DNA of 61,839 nucleotides from Octopus bimaculoides (taxonomy: Eukaryota), in contig NC_068988.1 of assembly GCF_001194135.2 (NCBI RefSeq), forward strand, positions 82,042,184 through 82,104,022, written 5' to 3'. The notes beneath the pieces were generated by a model. That model was given only the letters and a program-made list of their open reading frames with translations, was not told where the DNA came from and made no database searches. Each line of letters begins with the position of its first letter. Positions within the stretch are counted from its first letter, which is position 1. Made by a program: the position numbers and the translations under genes. Shown piece after piece: positions 61,731 to 61,839 of this stretch.

Positions 61731-61839
61731 GGTATTTCTGTTTGTATGTATACATGCAGATTTGTATATTTTGTTTTATGTATATCTTCTCATGCATATA
61801 GTTGCATATCTAGACATGCTCACATATACTTAAAGGATA

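Overview
This is a eukaryotic, AT-rich, repeat-dominated scaffold with 14 N-gaps, most of them flanked by (TA)n, (TG)n or (GGT)n microsatellites. The mix of repeats suggests a cephalopod, probably Octopus; this is inferred from recalled repeat families, not from a search. I could not identify a host protein-coding gene; only weak candidate exons were seen. Every recognisable coding sequence is a decayed transposon. Retroelements: RTE LINEs (two long copies with a PHD-like finger inside ORF2, plus many 3'-end fragments), an RTE-BovB-like fragment, a CR1-like 3' end, two R4/Dong-like RLE retrotransposons and two Penelope-like fragments. DNA transposons: two mariners (DD34D type), a maT (DD37D type), an IR/DR-type Tc1 and four hAT elements. 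There are also several tRNA-derived SINE families and fold-back MITEs. The most notable structures are: (1) two hAT elements stacked in one ATCTAGAR target inside a CR1; (2) a SINE 5' module joined to two different 3' halves that end in CR1-like or RTE-like tails; (3) a ~0.9-kb direct duplication bracketing an RTE body that continues in register; (4) a PHD-like finger inserted after the RT core of the RTEs; (5) a hairpin-unit tandem array in the RTE 3' UTR. I found no CRISPR array, rRNA, true tRNA gene or clearly novel biological system. Family names come from motif recognition by eye, and many boundaries are approximate.
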